Part shown: in pieces, positions 20,085 through 30,215 of the stretch | Layout: each line of letters opens with the position of its first letter | Position numbering within the stretch: the stretch's first letter is position 1 | NCBI GenBank assembly: GCA_016234925.1 | Contig: JACRNI010000024.1 | Coordinates: 6,555 to 70,554 of the forward strand | Source of the DNA: Deltaproteobacteria bacterium | GTDB taxonomy: Bacteria > Desulfobacterota > GWC2-55-46 > UBA9637 > GWC2-42-11 | DNA: 64,000 nucleotides | Direction of reading: 5' to 3' | Notes under the pieces: model-generated | What the model was told of the DNA's origin: nothing | Seen by the model: the letters and a program-made list of their open reading frames with translations, nothing else | The model's database searches: none | Position numbers and translations under genes: made by a program

Positions 20085-20914
20085 ATGTTAGCCATGTTGA
20101 AAAAAAGTTTTGTCAATATCCTGCTTTTTTCATTCCTGCTTGTGGGTCCTGCCTTTACAGAAGCCCAAACTTGTGCCATTGATTACAACAAGCCCACCAT
20201 AGCCGCAGGGTTCCACCACACCGCGGGGCTCAAGGAAGATGGAATGTGGTGGCAGTGGGATATAATTGCTGTGGCGAAATGGATGTTTCGGATTGGACCA
20301 ATATAAAGGCAATAGCATCTGGATGGTACCACACAGTCGGGCTCAAGGAAGATGGGACTGTGGTGGTAGGGGGTTATTTTACTGAAAAGGTCTCGGATTG
20401 GACCAATATAAAGGCAATAGCAGCTGGATGGACGCACATCGTTGGGCTCAAGGAGGATGGAACTGTGGTGGCAGTGGGATATAACCGGGATGGTCAACTG
20501 GATGTCTCAGGTTGGACAAATATCAAGGCAATTGCTGCTGGAGTGTACCACACCTTGGGGCTCAAGGAGGACGGAACTGTGGTGGCAGTGGGATATAATT
20601 ATTTTGGCCAACTGAATGTCTTGGACTGGACCAATATAAGACAACCGAGTTGCATAATAGAATATACCGCGCTTCCAGAATTTATAAGTACACTACCAGG
20701 CATATCCCCGCAAGTTCTTACCAGCCTTGTATCAAAGGCTAAAAGTGCCATAGCATCATTTGAAAACTGGAATACCGGGGCTGCGATAAATAAGTTAAAT
20801 GCCCTGCTTAATGAGATTACTGCTCAGTCCGGGAAGAAGATAGATGCTGATACAGCAGCTACGCTGACAAAATATGTTCAAAACCTTATAATCTATATTC
20901 AGAGTAATAAATAA
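20085..20914 (+). pseudogene. secreted RCC1-like beta-propeller repeat protein, frameshifted
   Basis: Signal peptide; repeats 'GLKEDGTVVAVGYN...WTNIKAIAAG'. A 1-nt deletion ('ggaatgtgg' versus 'ggaactgtgg' in later repeats) splits it into ORFs 20085..20306 and 20246..20914. Confidence 0.6.
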
Positions 20915-21080
20915 GGCAATCCCCTGCCCCCACCTTTGTCCTCCACCACAAAGGGGGAGGACAAAGGTGGGGAGTATTAAAGTAAGAGAAGGTGAGGTTG
21001 ATGGGGTTTTTCGGGGCAAACAAATCCTATTTTTATACATCCATTGCCTTTCTAAAAACTTTTTGCTATATTAAAAAAAG

Positions 21081-23036
21081 GTGGATGCTTTCAAAGATAC
21101 AAAACCTCTTTTTTATACAATCCTTATTATTATAATCCTTTCTATTTTAGGTTTCTTTGCCTATTCAAATATACTCCATGCCCCATTTGTATTTGATGAT
21201 GACCATTATATTGTAAACAATCCAGAAATAAGAGACCTCTCAAATTTCAAAGACACATACGGCACAAGGTATGTTGGTTTTTTAAGTTTTGCAATAAACT
21301 ATTATTTTAATGGGCTGAATACATTTGGTTACCACCTTGTAAATATTGTAATCCATATCTTAAATGCAATACTTGTATATGTTTTGGTGCAAATTACATT
21401 ACAAAGGGTTCAAGGGTTCAAGGGTTCGAGGGTTCAAGAAAATACTAGACCCCTAGACTCCTTGACCCCTAGAATCCTTCCTTTTGCTGTTTCTCTAATA
21501 TTCCTTGTCCATCCTATACAGACTCAGGCAGTTTCATACATAACGCAGAGGTTTGCATCTCTTGCAGCGTTTTTTTATCTTCTGGCAATTGTGTTGTATG
21601 TAAAGGCAAGGGTTCTAGGGTTCGGGGGTTCAAGGGTTCAAGAAAACACTAGACCCCCAGACCCCTTGACCCCTGGAACCCTTTATGTTTTTTCTATTCT
21701 TTCCGCCATCCTTGCCATGAAAACAAAGGAGATCAGTTTTACCCTGCCGATTATAATCATCCTCTATGAGTTTACATTTTTTAGCGCTAAAGACTCACGG
21801 ACATGGACACGGTTTTTATATCTCGCTCCATTTCTTTTAACACTTGCAATCATTCCTTTAAACCTTTTCTTTTATTCAGGCAAAGGTATTGCGCAACATT
21901 TGAGCGAGCAGCAGGTTGTGGATATAAATAGAAATTCACCTGCATATGACCATTTTATTACGCAGTTTAAGGTAACAGTTACATACATAAGGCTATTATT
22001 TTTACCTGTAAACCAAAATTATGATTATGACTATCCTATGTCCCATTCTGTATTTGAAGTTCAAGCCCTTTTATCATTTCTCTTTTTGCTCTCAATAGTT
22101 ATCGCTGCAATTTATCTATATATACGGTCATGGAAGAGAGATAATGGCTACGGTCTTTTAATTTCCTTTGGCATATTGTGGTTTTTCATAACCTTATCAG
22201 TAGAAGCCCGCATAAGAAATGATATAATCTTTGAACACAGGGTATATCTGCCGAGCGCAGGATTTACATTGTCTTTTATAACATCTATCTTTTACGGTTT
22301 TGAATACCTTGAAAGAAGATTAAAGAGGTCTTTGTTTGCATACCTTTTAATATTCATTTTAACCGCAAGCATTTTTCTTTTATTTGCTGCAATAAAGAGA
22401 AATATGGTTTGGAAAAGCGAAGAGGGTATTTATTTAGATACAGTAAACAAATCTCCAAATAAGGCAAGGCCGCATAATTATCTTGCTGGCTTTTATGAAA
22501 AAACAGGCCGTATTGATGAGGCAATAAAAGAGGTTAACATTGCATTGTCTCTGCCTTCCAGCCTTCACTACTTTCATCATTATAATCTCGGTATCGGGTA
22601 CCAGAAAAAGGGTCTTTTAAATGATGCTGTTGATGAATTTTTGTCAGCCATAAAACTTAAAGTTGATTATTTGGATGCATACCGCAGCCTTGGTATAATA
22701 TTTGTTGAATTGGGCAGATTTGAAGATGCTGAGAAAAATATTAAAAAGGCTTTAGAATTGCAGCCAACATCTAATGTGTTGCATAACACCCTCGGCAATA
22801 TCTATCTTATGCAGGGTAAATATAGAGAATCTATAGTTGAATATGAAAAGGCTTTTAGCCTTGATAAGAATAATGTTGAGGCAATATACAATATTGCAAT
22901 GGCATATGAGAATATTGGCAGTAAAGATAAGTCCATAGAATTCTATAAGAAATTTATTGAAATGTCTCATCCTGATTATGAGAATGAGAAAGAACGCGCT
23001 AAAACACGGATAAAGGAATTAACTAAAAATGATTGA
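21081..23036 (+). CDS. TMTC-like GT-C glycosyltransferase fused to TPR repeats (GTG start)
   Basis: N-terminal polytopic domain with 'FVFDDDHYIVNNP'; C-terminal TPRs; two in-frame repeat-derived segments 'GFKGSRVQENTRPLDSLTPRI' and 'GFGGSRVQENTRPPDPLTPG'. Confidence 0.65.
   Translation: MDAFKDTKPLFYTILIIIILSILGFFAYSNILHAPFVFDDDHYIVNNPEIRDLSNFKDTYGTRYVGFLSFAINYYFNGLNTFGYHLVNIVIHILNAILVYVLVQITLQRVQGFKGSRVQENTRPLDSLTPRILPFAVSLIFLVHPIQTQAVSYITQRFASLAAFFYLLAIVLYVKARVLGFGGSRVQENTRPPDPLTPGTLYVFSILSAILAMKTKEISFTLPIIIILYEFTFFSAKDSRTWTRFLYLAPFLLTLAIIPLNLFFYSGKGIAQHLSEQQVVDINRNSPAYDHFITQFKVTVTYIRLLFLPVNQNYDYDYPMSHSVFEVQALLSFLFLLSIVIAAIYLYIRSWKRDNGYGLLISFGILWFFITLSVEARIRNDIIFEHRVYLPSAGFTLSFITSIFYGFEYLERRLKRSLFAYLLIFILTASIFLLFAAIKRNMVWKSEEGIYLDTVNKSPNKARPHNYLAGFYEKTGRIDEAIKEVNIALSLPSSLHYFHHYNLGIGYQKKGLLNDAVDEFLSAIKLKVDYLDAYRSLGIIFVELGRFEDAEKNIKKALELQPTSNVLHNTLGNIYLMQGKYRESIVEYEKAFSLDKNNVEAIYNIAMAYENIGSKDKSIEFYKKFIEMSHPDYENEKERAKTRIKELTKND
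21406..21477 (+). repeat. family C element (tandem GGGTTCAAG units + 'actagaccc...cttgaccc'), inserted in-frame in a CDS
   Basis: Repeated at 21610..21681, 23348..23419, 23552..23623 and 35426..35484. Confidence 0.65.
21610..21681 (+). repeat. family C element, in-frame in CDS
   Basis: See 21406..21477. Confidence 0.65.
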
Positions 23037-25101
23037 AAAAGAGAAAACATCCATAAGAACCTTTATTATTATAGCAGTGATTTTTATTTTAGGGTTTCTT
23101 ATTTATTCAAACACCCTTTACAACCCATTTATATTCGATGACGAAATCTATATTGTTGATAATTATCAAATAAGAGACATTTTAAATTTTACTGATTTTT
23201 CTGGTACACGATATATTGGTTTGTTAAGTTTTGCTATAAATTATTATTTTGGCGGATTAAATACATTTGGCTACCATCTTGTAAATATTGTAATTCATAT
23301 AATAAATGCAATACTTGTCTATTTTTTGGTGCAAATTACATTACAAAGGGTTCAAGGGTTCGAGGGTTCGAGGGTTCAAGAAAATACTAGACCACTAGAC
23401 TCCTTGACCCCTAGAATCCTTCCTTTTGCTGTTTCTCTAATCTTCCTCGTTCATCCTATACAGACTCAGGCAGTTTCATACATAACCCAGAGATTTACAT
23501 CTCTTGCAACGCTTTTTTATATTCTGGCAATTGTGCTGTATGTAAAGGCAAGGGTTCTAGGGTTCGGGGGTTCAAGGGTTCAAGAAAACACTAGACCCCC
23601 AGACCCCTTGACCCATGGAACCCTTTATGTTTTTTCCATTCTTTCCACCATCCTCGCAATGAAGACAAAGGAGATAAGTTTTACACTGCCTTTTATAATT
23701 GTTCTTTATGAGTTTACATTTTTTAATAATTTGGACTCACGACCCACGATCCGCAATTCACAACTCAAAACACGGCTTTTGTATCTAACCCCATACCTTT
23801 TAACACTTATGATTATTCCATGGGAACTTTTTTTGGCAGGCGAAGGTTTTGAGCAATGGTTAAGACAGCAGCAATTGGCAGATATAAGCAATTTGTCAAA
23901 GCATGATTATCTTCTTACCCAGTTTGGTGTGATAGTTACATATATAAGATTGCTTTTTCTGCCAATCAATCAAAATTTTGATTACGATTACCACATAGCC
24001 CATTCTATATTTGAGGTTTCGACTCTTTTATCATTTCTCTTTTTAATTTCAATATTTTCTTTTGCAATTTATCTATATGTATGGTCACGAAAGACAGGTA
24101 ACAGTTACGGTCTTTTAGCCTCCTTTGGCATGCTTTGGTTTTTTATAACCTTATCAGTAGAATCTTCTATAATACCAATAAGGGATGTTATCTTTGAACA
24201 CAGGGTATATCTGCCAAGCATCGGGGCAATTATTGCATTCAATACAGGTTTATTTTATGGACTTGAAAATGTGAAAACAAGATTGTCTATAAAATCATCT
24301 GTAATAATTGCGTTATTTTTATCTATAATTTCTGCTTTTACCATTATATTTTCTATTGCAACTTACAAGAGAAACTTTATATGGGGAGATTTGATGACTA
24401 TGGCATTGGATATGTTAAAAAAATCTCCGAATAAGGCAGATGTGAGAAATGAAGTAGGTATGCACTATTTTAAAAAAGGTCTTCTAGATAAAGCAAAGAG
24501 CGAGATTCAAAAGGCAATTAGCCTTCAGCCCGATTTTTTTATGGCATATAATAACCTTGGTTTAATATATCTAAAAAAAGGACTATTAGAAGACGCGGAA
24601 AGGTTTTTTAAAAAGGCAATTGAGATAAAGCCTGATTATTCTGCGGCACATGAAAATCTTGGCACTGTACTTTTGGAAAATGGCCTGATTGATGAGGCGC
24701 TAAAAGAGTATGAGATTGCAATTATGATGAAGGAGTCTCCCAGATTATATAATAAAATAGGGGTGCTTTATTTAAAACTAGGTAATAGAGATACTGCTAT
24801 AAAGGCGTTCAAAGAGGCGATAAGACTTGAGCCGCAAGGTGTAACTCCATATGCCAACATGGGTTTTGCGTATTTTGATAAAGGTGATTATGACAAGGCA
24901 ATGGAGATGCATGGAAAGGCAATAAAAATAATGCCGAATTTTGCAAATGCGCATTATGGTTTGGCAGAAGTTTATGAGAAAAAAGGGGTGAGAGATAAGG
25001 CAGTAGAGCATTACAAGAAATATATAAAATATGCAGACCCCAAGGAACAGTTTGTTGAAAAGGCAAAGAAGAAGATTACCGAACTGGGGAAAACTGAGTG
25101 A
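23029..25101 (+). CDS. TMTC-like GT-C glycosyltransferase fused to TPR repeats (tandem paralog)
   Basis: Same architecture and the same two in-frame repeat insertions as 21081..23036. Confidence 0.65.
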   Translation: MIEKEKTSIRTFIIIAVIFILGFLIYSNTLYNPFIFDDEIYIVDNYQIRDILNFTDFSGTRYIGLLSFAINYYFGGLNTFGYHLVNIVIHIINAILVYFLVQITLQRVQGFEGSRVQENTRPLDSLTPRILPFAVSLIFLVHPIQTQAVSYITQRFTSLATLFYILAIVLYVKARVLGFGGSRVQENTRPPDPLTHGTLYVFSILSTILAMKTKEISFTLPFIIVLYEFTFFNNLDSRPTIRNSQLKTRLLYLTPYLLTLMIIPWELFLAGEGFEQWLRQQQLADISNLSKHDYLLTQFGVIVTYIRLLFLPINQNFDYDYHIAHSIFEVSTLLSFLFLISIFSFAIYLYVWSRKTGNSYGLLASFGMLWFFITLSVESSIIPIRDVIFEHRVYLPSIGAIIAFNTGLFYGLENVKTRLSIKSSVIIALFLSIISAFTIIFSIATYKRNFIWGDLMTMALDMLKKSPNKADVRNEVGMHYFKKGLLDKAKSEIQKAISLQPDFFMAYNNLGLIYLKKGLLEDAERFFKKAIEIKPDYSAAHENLGTVLLENGLIDEALKEYEIAIMMKESPRLYNKIGVLYLKLGNRDTAIKAFKEAIRLEPQGVTPYANMGFAYFDKGDYDKAMEMHGKAIKIMPNFANAHYGLAEVYEKKGVRDKAVEHYKKYIKYADPKEQFVEKAKKKITELGKTE
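23348..23419 (+). repeat. family C element, in-frame in CDS
   Basis: See 21406..21477. Confidence 0.65.
23552..23623 (+). repeat. family C element, in-frame in CDS
   Basis: See 21406..21477. Confidence 0.65.
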
Positions 25102-25697
25102 TAAACAAGTCTTCATTTGTAATATATTACTTAATCATTCTTTTATTATCTGTATCCGCTTTTTTGAGAAATTCTATCTGGCATAGTGAGATGGGTTTAT
25201 GGCAGGATGTTATATCAAAATCTCCCAATAACGCATTAGCATTAAATAATCTTTGTGTGTCCCTTTATAAAGAAACAAGATATGATGATGCCTTGAATAC
25301 TTGTTTAAAATCACTTAGACTTGAGCCAGAGGATTGGTCAGTGCATTTAAACCTCTGGCAGGTTTATAAGGCAAAGGGCATGTTGAATGAGGCTCAAGAA
25401 GAATCAAAATTGGGGTTAAAACTTCAAATCGGCAAGCCAGAGGCATACAGCACATTAGGTTATTATCTGATGGAAAAAGGATTGATTGATGAGGCAATCA
25501 GGATATTTAAAATAGCATTAGAGAAAAAGCCCGACCTCGCAGACAGCCATTATGGGCTTGCTGTTAATCTTGAAAAAAAAGGTGATAAACATTCTGCGCT
25601 GATGCGCTATAAAGAATATTTGAGATTTTTAAATCCGGAAGACCCCAGATTTAAAGAGGTTGAAAAAAGGGTTAAAGATATAGAAAAAGGCGAATGA
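25098..25697 (+). CDS. TPR-repeat protein with N-terminal TM anchor
   Basis: 'SPNNALALNNLCVSLY'; TPR repeats. Confidence 0.6.
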   Translation: MINKSSFVIYYLIILLLSVSAFLRNSIWHSEMGLWQDVISKSPNNALALNNLCVSLYKETRYDDALNTCLKSLRLEPEDWSVHLNLWQVYKAKGMLNEAQEESKLGLKLQIGKPEAYSTLGYYLMEKGLIDEAIRIFKIALEKKPDLADSHYGLAVNLEKKGDKHSALMRYKEYLRFLNPEDPRFKEVEKRVKDIEKGE

Positions 25698-25882
25698 CCC
25701 AAAAATAGACATTGATTTTTGGGGAAACCTGCAAGTTGGCTGCCAGACGAGGCAGCGGACAATTTTTGAGACGAGCCGTATGCTCACCGATACGGTGAGG
25801 AACAAAAATTGGTCGATAACGAAGTATGGCAGCCAAATCGCAGGTTTGTAAAATAGCGAGGTTTTTAATCGCTATTTTACAA
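25698..25882 (-). repeat. family A repeat, copy 4 (inverted)
   Basis: Reverse complement of 3831..4014. Confidence 0.6.
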
Positions 25883-25945
25883 AATGACATTTGTCTTGAC
25901 CGTTTCAAAACTGGTGTGATATTTTTAAAACTTTAAAAAGGTATT

Positions 25946-26542
25946 ATGGAATATAATCTTGCGCCGCTGCCAAACTATAGGCAGTGGTTTAAATTTGAAG
26001 AGGCAATTGATTTGTTTTCAAGGCTGTCTATGGCTATGCCTGAAAGACTGCTTTTATCATCAGACGGCTCGCTTACAAGACTTCTTGAATCCGTGTATCT
26101 TTCGCCGATTGAGGTAGAGGTAAAAAATCAAAAGACAGAGCAGATTGATGCTGCCGCTGCTGATTATCTTGGGGTCAGTTCAAATCAGGATGCCGTAATA
26201 AGGGATATATGGCTTACAAAGGGCAGGCAAAGACTTGTTTATGCTAATTCGGTTTTTCCGACCTCTGGATTGGATAAGGGTTTTTTAGAAAAACTTATAA
26301 GAGGATATGAACCACTGGGACACCTCTTGAGAAGTCATAATTTTTTGACACTCAGGGATAACTGGGAGATAGGGATTATACAATGTCCGGATGCGGCATT
26401 GGATTTATCCATTCCTATTGACACACCCCTTTGGGCAAGACGGTACAGGCTGTTGGCGAATCCTTTAACAACAGGGAATGGGATTACTGCGGCAATAATG
26501 GAAATATTTTCTCCAGATGTTTTGCATTACAAAAAATTATAA
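25946..26542 (+). CDS. ubiC: chorismate pyruvate-lyase (UbiC-like)
   Basis: 'LLLSSDGSLTRLLES'; C-terminal 'PLWARRYRLL' resembles E. coli UbiC 'GLWGRRSRL'. Precedes ubiA. Confidence 0.55.
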   Translation: MEYNLAPLPNYRQWFKFEEAIDLFSRLSMAMPERLLLSSDGSLTRLLESVYLSPIEVEVKNQKTEQIDAAAADYLGVSSNQDAVIRDIWLTKGRQRLVYANSVFPTSGLDKGFLEKLIRGYEPLGHLLRSHNFLTLRDNWEIGIIQCPDAALDLSIPIDTPLWARRYRLLANPLTTGNGITAAIMEIFSPDVLHYKKL

Positions 26543-27439
26543 ATGGAAATGAGAGCAATAAGGATGTCCCGAGCAACTTTATTTAATGACAAGATAATTG
26601 CAATAAGTGATTTAATAAGACTAAAAAAGCAGTACGGAACGCTTTTACTCCTTGCGCCGACAATGTGGTCTCTTTTCCTTGCATCAAACGGCGTACCATC
26701 CGTTAAACTTCTTGTCATATTTATATTCGGCACATTTCTTATGCGCAGCGCAGGCTGCGCAATAAATGACATTGCTGACAGAAAATTTGACAGATTTGTT
26801 GAGAGGACAAAATTGCGCCCACTCGCATCAGGCAGAATCGGTTTAAGAGGTGCCATCTTTGTTTTTTCCATGTTTTCACTGCTTGCATTTGTCCTTGTTT
26901 TATTCTTAAATCCTTTTACCATAATGCTTTCATTTGCCGCTATATTTCTTGCGTCTCTTTATCCATTTGTAAAAAGGGTAAGTTATCTGCCGCAGGTATT
27001 TTTAGGCATGGCATTCGGCTGGGGTTCTGTAATGGCATGGTCAGCGGTTAGGAATGAGATAGGCATTCCTGCGGTAACCATATTTTTTGCAAATATATTC
27101 TGGTCAACAGCATATGACACGATTTATGCGCTTATGGATAAGGATGATGATTTAAAGATTGGCGTTAAATCAACAGCGATTTTATTTGGCAAACAGGTTT
27201 ATAATATAACAGCATTGTTTTTTTTATCCGTGTTGATATTGCTTTTTTCACTTGGCTTTATGCTATCGCTTGGCATAGCATATTTTATGTCCATACTTAT
27301 TGCAGCCGTCATATTTTTTTATCAAATAATAATTATTAGAAGGCGCCCTGACAGAGAAACTGCATTCCGCGCCTTTGTTCTTAATGCGGTTGTCGGTCTT
27401 ATAATATTATTCGGGATATTTGCTGATATGCTCATATGA
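26543..27439 (+). CDS. ubiA: 4-hydroxybenzoate polyprenyltransferase (UbiA family)
   Basis: 'AGCAINDIADRKFDRFVERTKLRPLASG' Asp-rich motif; about 8 TM. Confidence 0.85.
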   Translation: MEMRAIRMSRATLFNDKIIAISDLIRLKKQYGTLLLLAPTMWSLFLASNGVPSVKLLVIFIFGTFLMRSAGCAINDIADRKFDRFVERTKLRPLASGRIGLRGAIFVFSMFSLLAFVLVLFLNPFTIMLSFAAIFLASLYPFVKRVSYLPQVFLGMAFGWGSVMAWSAVRNEIGIPAVTIFFANIFWSTAYDTIYALMDKDDDLKIGVKSTAILFGKQVYNITALFFLSVLILLFSLGFMLSLGIAYFMSILIAAVIFFYQIIIIRRRPDRETAFRAFVLNAVVGLIILFGIFADMLI

Positions 27440-28629
27440 CATTTTACAGGGCATTTTTACTGGGCATTTTATTAGGACTTTCATATCTTGCTTTTATGCG
27501 AAACAATATCTGGTTTGATACCTTTTCAATTTGGGACGATACATCCAAAAAGTCTCCAAAAAAGGCAAGGCCTCATAATAATCTCGGCGGCGCATATCAG
27601 ATGAAAGGGCTTAATAGGGAGTCTATAGAGGAATTTAAGATGACCATAAAACTTGAGCCGGGATATTCAGGCGCATACAGTAATCTTGGCGCTGCATATC
27701 TTAATATGGGGCTTTATGACGATTCTCAAAGGGAATTGATGAATGCAATAAATGTAAATCCTGCTGACGCCCGCGCATATACAAATCTCGGGGCATTATT
27801 TCATAGGAGAGGCAAATTGGTGGATGCTGTTGTTGCGTTAAGAAATGCTATAGTGATAAATCCTTATATTGCTGTTGCGCACAATAATCTTGGAAATGTG
27901 TATTTGGCATTAAATCTTTTTGAAGATGCAAAGAGGGAACTCTTTACTGCAATAAGCCTAGACCCAACCCTTGCTATGGCATATGCAAATCTTGGCTCTG
28001 TTTATATGAGGCAGGGCATGATTGACGGCGCAATGAATATGTTCAGGAAAGCAGCGGTATTAGCGCCAAATAATGCAGAGGCGCATGCAAATCTAGGCGG
28101 TATTTATGTTACAAAGGGCATGTTTGACGATGCTGAAAAAGAGTTAAAGAAAGCATTAGATATAAATCCAGATCTTTCAGATGCGCATTATAACATGGGG
28201 GTTGTATATACTAAAAGAGGTATGATAGATGCGGCAATTAGAGAATACAAAACAGCAATCTCTTTAGATCCTAATTTTATTGACAGCCGCATAAATCTTG
28301 GCGCAATATACTATGAAATAAATATGCTTGATGAGGCGGAAGAACAATTTAAGGAGGCAATCAAACTTAATAAGGATTCATTTGAGGCGCACATAAACCT
28401 TGCAAATGTATATGGTAAAAAAGGCGATATGAAAAATGCTGTTAGGGAATTGCAGATTTCCATAAAGTTAAATCCCAATTCATATGATGCGCATTACATA
28501 CTTGGTTTTGCATACGAAAAGACGGGTAATTTTAAAATGGCAAAAAATGAATATGAGACAGCGCTCAAGATAATGCCAGATGCAAGAGATGCGAAAGAGG
28601 CGCTTGCGAAACTTCTATCAAAACGGTAG
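27436..28629 (+). CDS. TPR-repeat protein with N-terminal TM anchor
   Basis: 'SPKKARPHNNLGGAY' followed by about 10 TPRs. Its stop lies inside a REP-like element. Confidence 0.7.
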   Translation: MTFYRAFLLGILLGLSYLAFMRNNIWFDTFSIWDDTSKKSPKKARPHNNLGGAYQMKGLNRESIEEFKMTIKLEPGYSGAYSNLGAAYLNMGLYDDSQRELMNAINVNPADARAYTNLGALFHRRGKLVDAVVALRNAIVINPYIAVAHNNLGNVYLALNLFEDAKRELFTAISLDPTLAMAYANLGSVYMRQGMIDGAMNMFRKAAVLAPNNAEAHANLGGIYVTKGMFDDAEKELKKALDINPDLSDAHYNMGVVYTKRGMIDAAIREYKTAISLDPNFIDSRINLGAIYYEINMLDEAEEQFKEAIKLNKDSFEAHINLANVYGKKGDMKNAVRELQISIKLNPNSYDAHYILGFAYEKTGNFKMAKNEYETALKIMPDARDAKEALAKLLSKR

Positions 28630-28675
28630 CCGCACCCTTTAAGGGTGCGTTACGCAGGCTAAAGCCTGCGGCTAC
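28625..28675. repeat. REP/BIME-like element, family B (ggtagccgc-hairpin-hairpin-gcggctac)
   Basis: Six copies: 28625, 31705, 41041, 42499, 44785, 55773. GTAG...CTAC termini; internal hairpins with TTTA loops. Confidence 0.7.
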
Positions 28676-28692
28676 AAAAAGAAAGGTTTAAA

Positions 28693-30162
28693 ATGATATT
28701 TCACGATTTAAGAGAATTTTTAAGTTTTCTTGAAAAAAAGGGCTTGCTCAAAAGAGTCAAGGCAGAGGTCTCTGCAAATCTTGAGATTGCTGAAGTCATG
28801 GACAGGCTTGTTAAGAAAAACGGGACTGCTGTTATATTTGAAAATGTCCAAGGCTATGATATTCCGGTTGTCGCAAATCTTTTCGGCACAGTTGAGAGGG
28901 TTGCAATGGGGCTGGGCATTACACTGGGCATTACAGAGGATGAACTTGCTGAAATAGGAAAATTCCTTGTCCATCTGCAAAGACCTGAACCGCCGGAAGG
29001 CATATGGGAGGCAATAAAATCAATCCCGTTTTTTGCAAAAATGCTTACGCTCGGCCCAAAGACAATTAGAAATGCGCCGTGTCAGGATGTGGTATTGGAA
29101 GGGGACAAGGTTGATTTGTCAAAATTTCCAATAATAAAATGCTGGCCAGATGATGCAGCGCCTTTAATAACATGGCCTCTAGTTATAACCCAATCGCCTC
29201 AAGGCGGTCCAATAAATGTCGGTGTTTATAGGATGCAGTATATTGATAAGAACCGCGCAATAATGAGATGGCTAAAACACAGGGGCGGAGCGCATCATCA
29301 GATGTTGTGGAAGGAAAAGGCTCAGCCAATGCCTGTTGCGGTTGCAATAGGGTGCGAGCCGGCAACAATCATTGCAGGTGTAACTCCTGTGCCGGAAAAT
29401 ATAAGCGAGTTTCATTTTGCAGGGATACTGCGGAAAAAGGCGATTGAACTTGTTGACTGCAAGACCATACCTCTAAAAGTTCCTGCAAGCGCCGAGATTG
29501 TTCTGGAAGGCATGATTTATCATGATGATTTGGCAGATGAGGGGCCATTTGGCGACCATACAGGTTATTACAATGCAAAGGAAAAATTTCCTGTGTTTCA
29601 TATAAAGTGCATAACGCACAGAAAAGACCCATTGTATCTTACAACAATAACAGGAAGACCTCCAAAAGAGGATGCAGTTATCGGCATTGCATTGAACAAG
29701 ATGTTTCTGCCGAGTCTGCAAATGCAATTCCCTGAGATTAAAGACTTCAACCTTCCGATGGAGGCGGTCTCATACAGGATTGCGGTTGTGTCCATAAAAA
29801 AGCAGTATCCCGGTCATGCAAAAAGGATTATGCTCGGCATATGGGGCATGTTAAAACAGTTTATGTATGTAAAGTATATAATAGTTGTTGATGATGATAT
29901 TGATGTCCATAACTGGAATGATGTAATATGGGCAATCTCAACAAGGGTTGACCCTGAAAGGGATACATGGACTATCAAGGATACGCCGATTGATTATCTT
30001 GATTTTTCCTCGCCTGTTGCTGAACTTGGTTCAAAGATGGGCATAGACGCAACAATGAAAAACCCCCCTGAGGTTTCACGGGAGTGGGGAGAGGTAGTGA
30101 AGATGGATAAGGAAATTATAGATTTGGTTGATAGGAAATGGAAGGAGTATGGGTTAGAATAA
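28693..30162 (+). CDS. ubiD: UbiD-family (de)carboxylase
   Basis: '[22 protein letters not shown]...[13 protein letters not shown]'; 489 aa. Confidence 0.85.
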   Translation: MIFHDLREFLSFLEKKGLLKRVKAEVSANLEIAEVMDRLVKKNGTAVIFENVQGYDIPVVANLFGTVERVAMGLGITLGITEDELAEIGKFLVHLQRPEPPEGIWEAIKSIPFFAKMLTLGPKTIRNAPCQDVVLEGDKVDLSKFPIIKCWPDDAAPLITWPLVITQSPQGGPINVGVYRMQYIDKNRAIMRWLKHRGGAHHQMLWKEKAQPMPVAVAIGCEPATIIAGVTPVPENISEFHFAGILRKKAIELVDCKTIPLKVPASAEIVLEGMIYHDDLADEGPFGDHTGYYNAKEKFPVFHIKCITHRKDPLYLTTITGRPPKEDAVIGIALNKMFLPSLQMQFPEIKDFNLPMEAVSYRIAVVSIKKQYPGHAKRIMLGIWGMLKQFMYVKYIIVVDDDIDVHNWNDVIWAISTRVDPERDTWTIKDTPIDYLDFSSPVAELGSKMGIDATMKNPPEVSREWGEVVKMDKEIIDLVDRKWKEYGLE

Positions 30163-30215
30163 TACAAAGCCCTCTCCCCTTGCGGGAGAGGGCTAGGGTG
30201 AGGAGTAATAAAACT

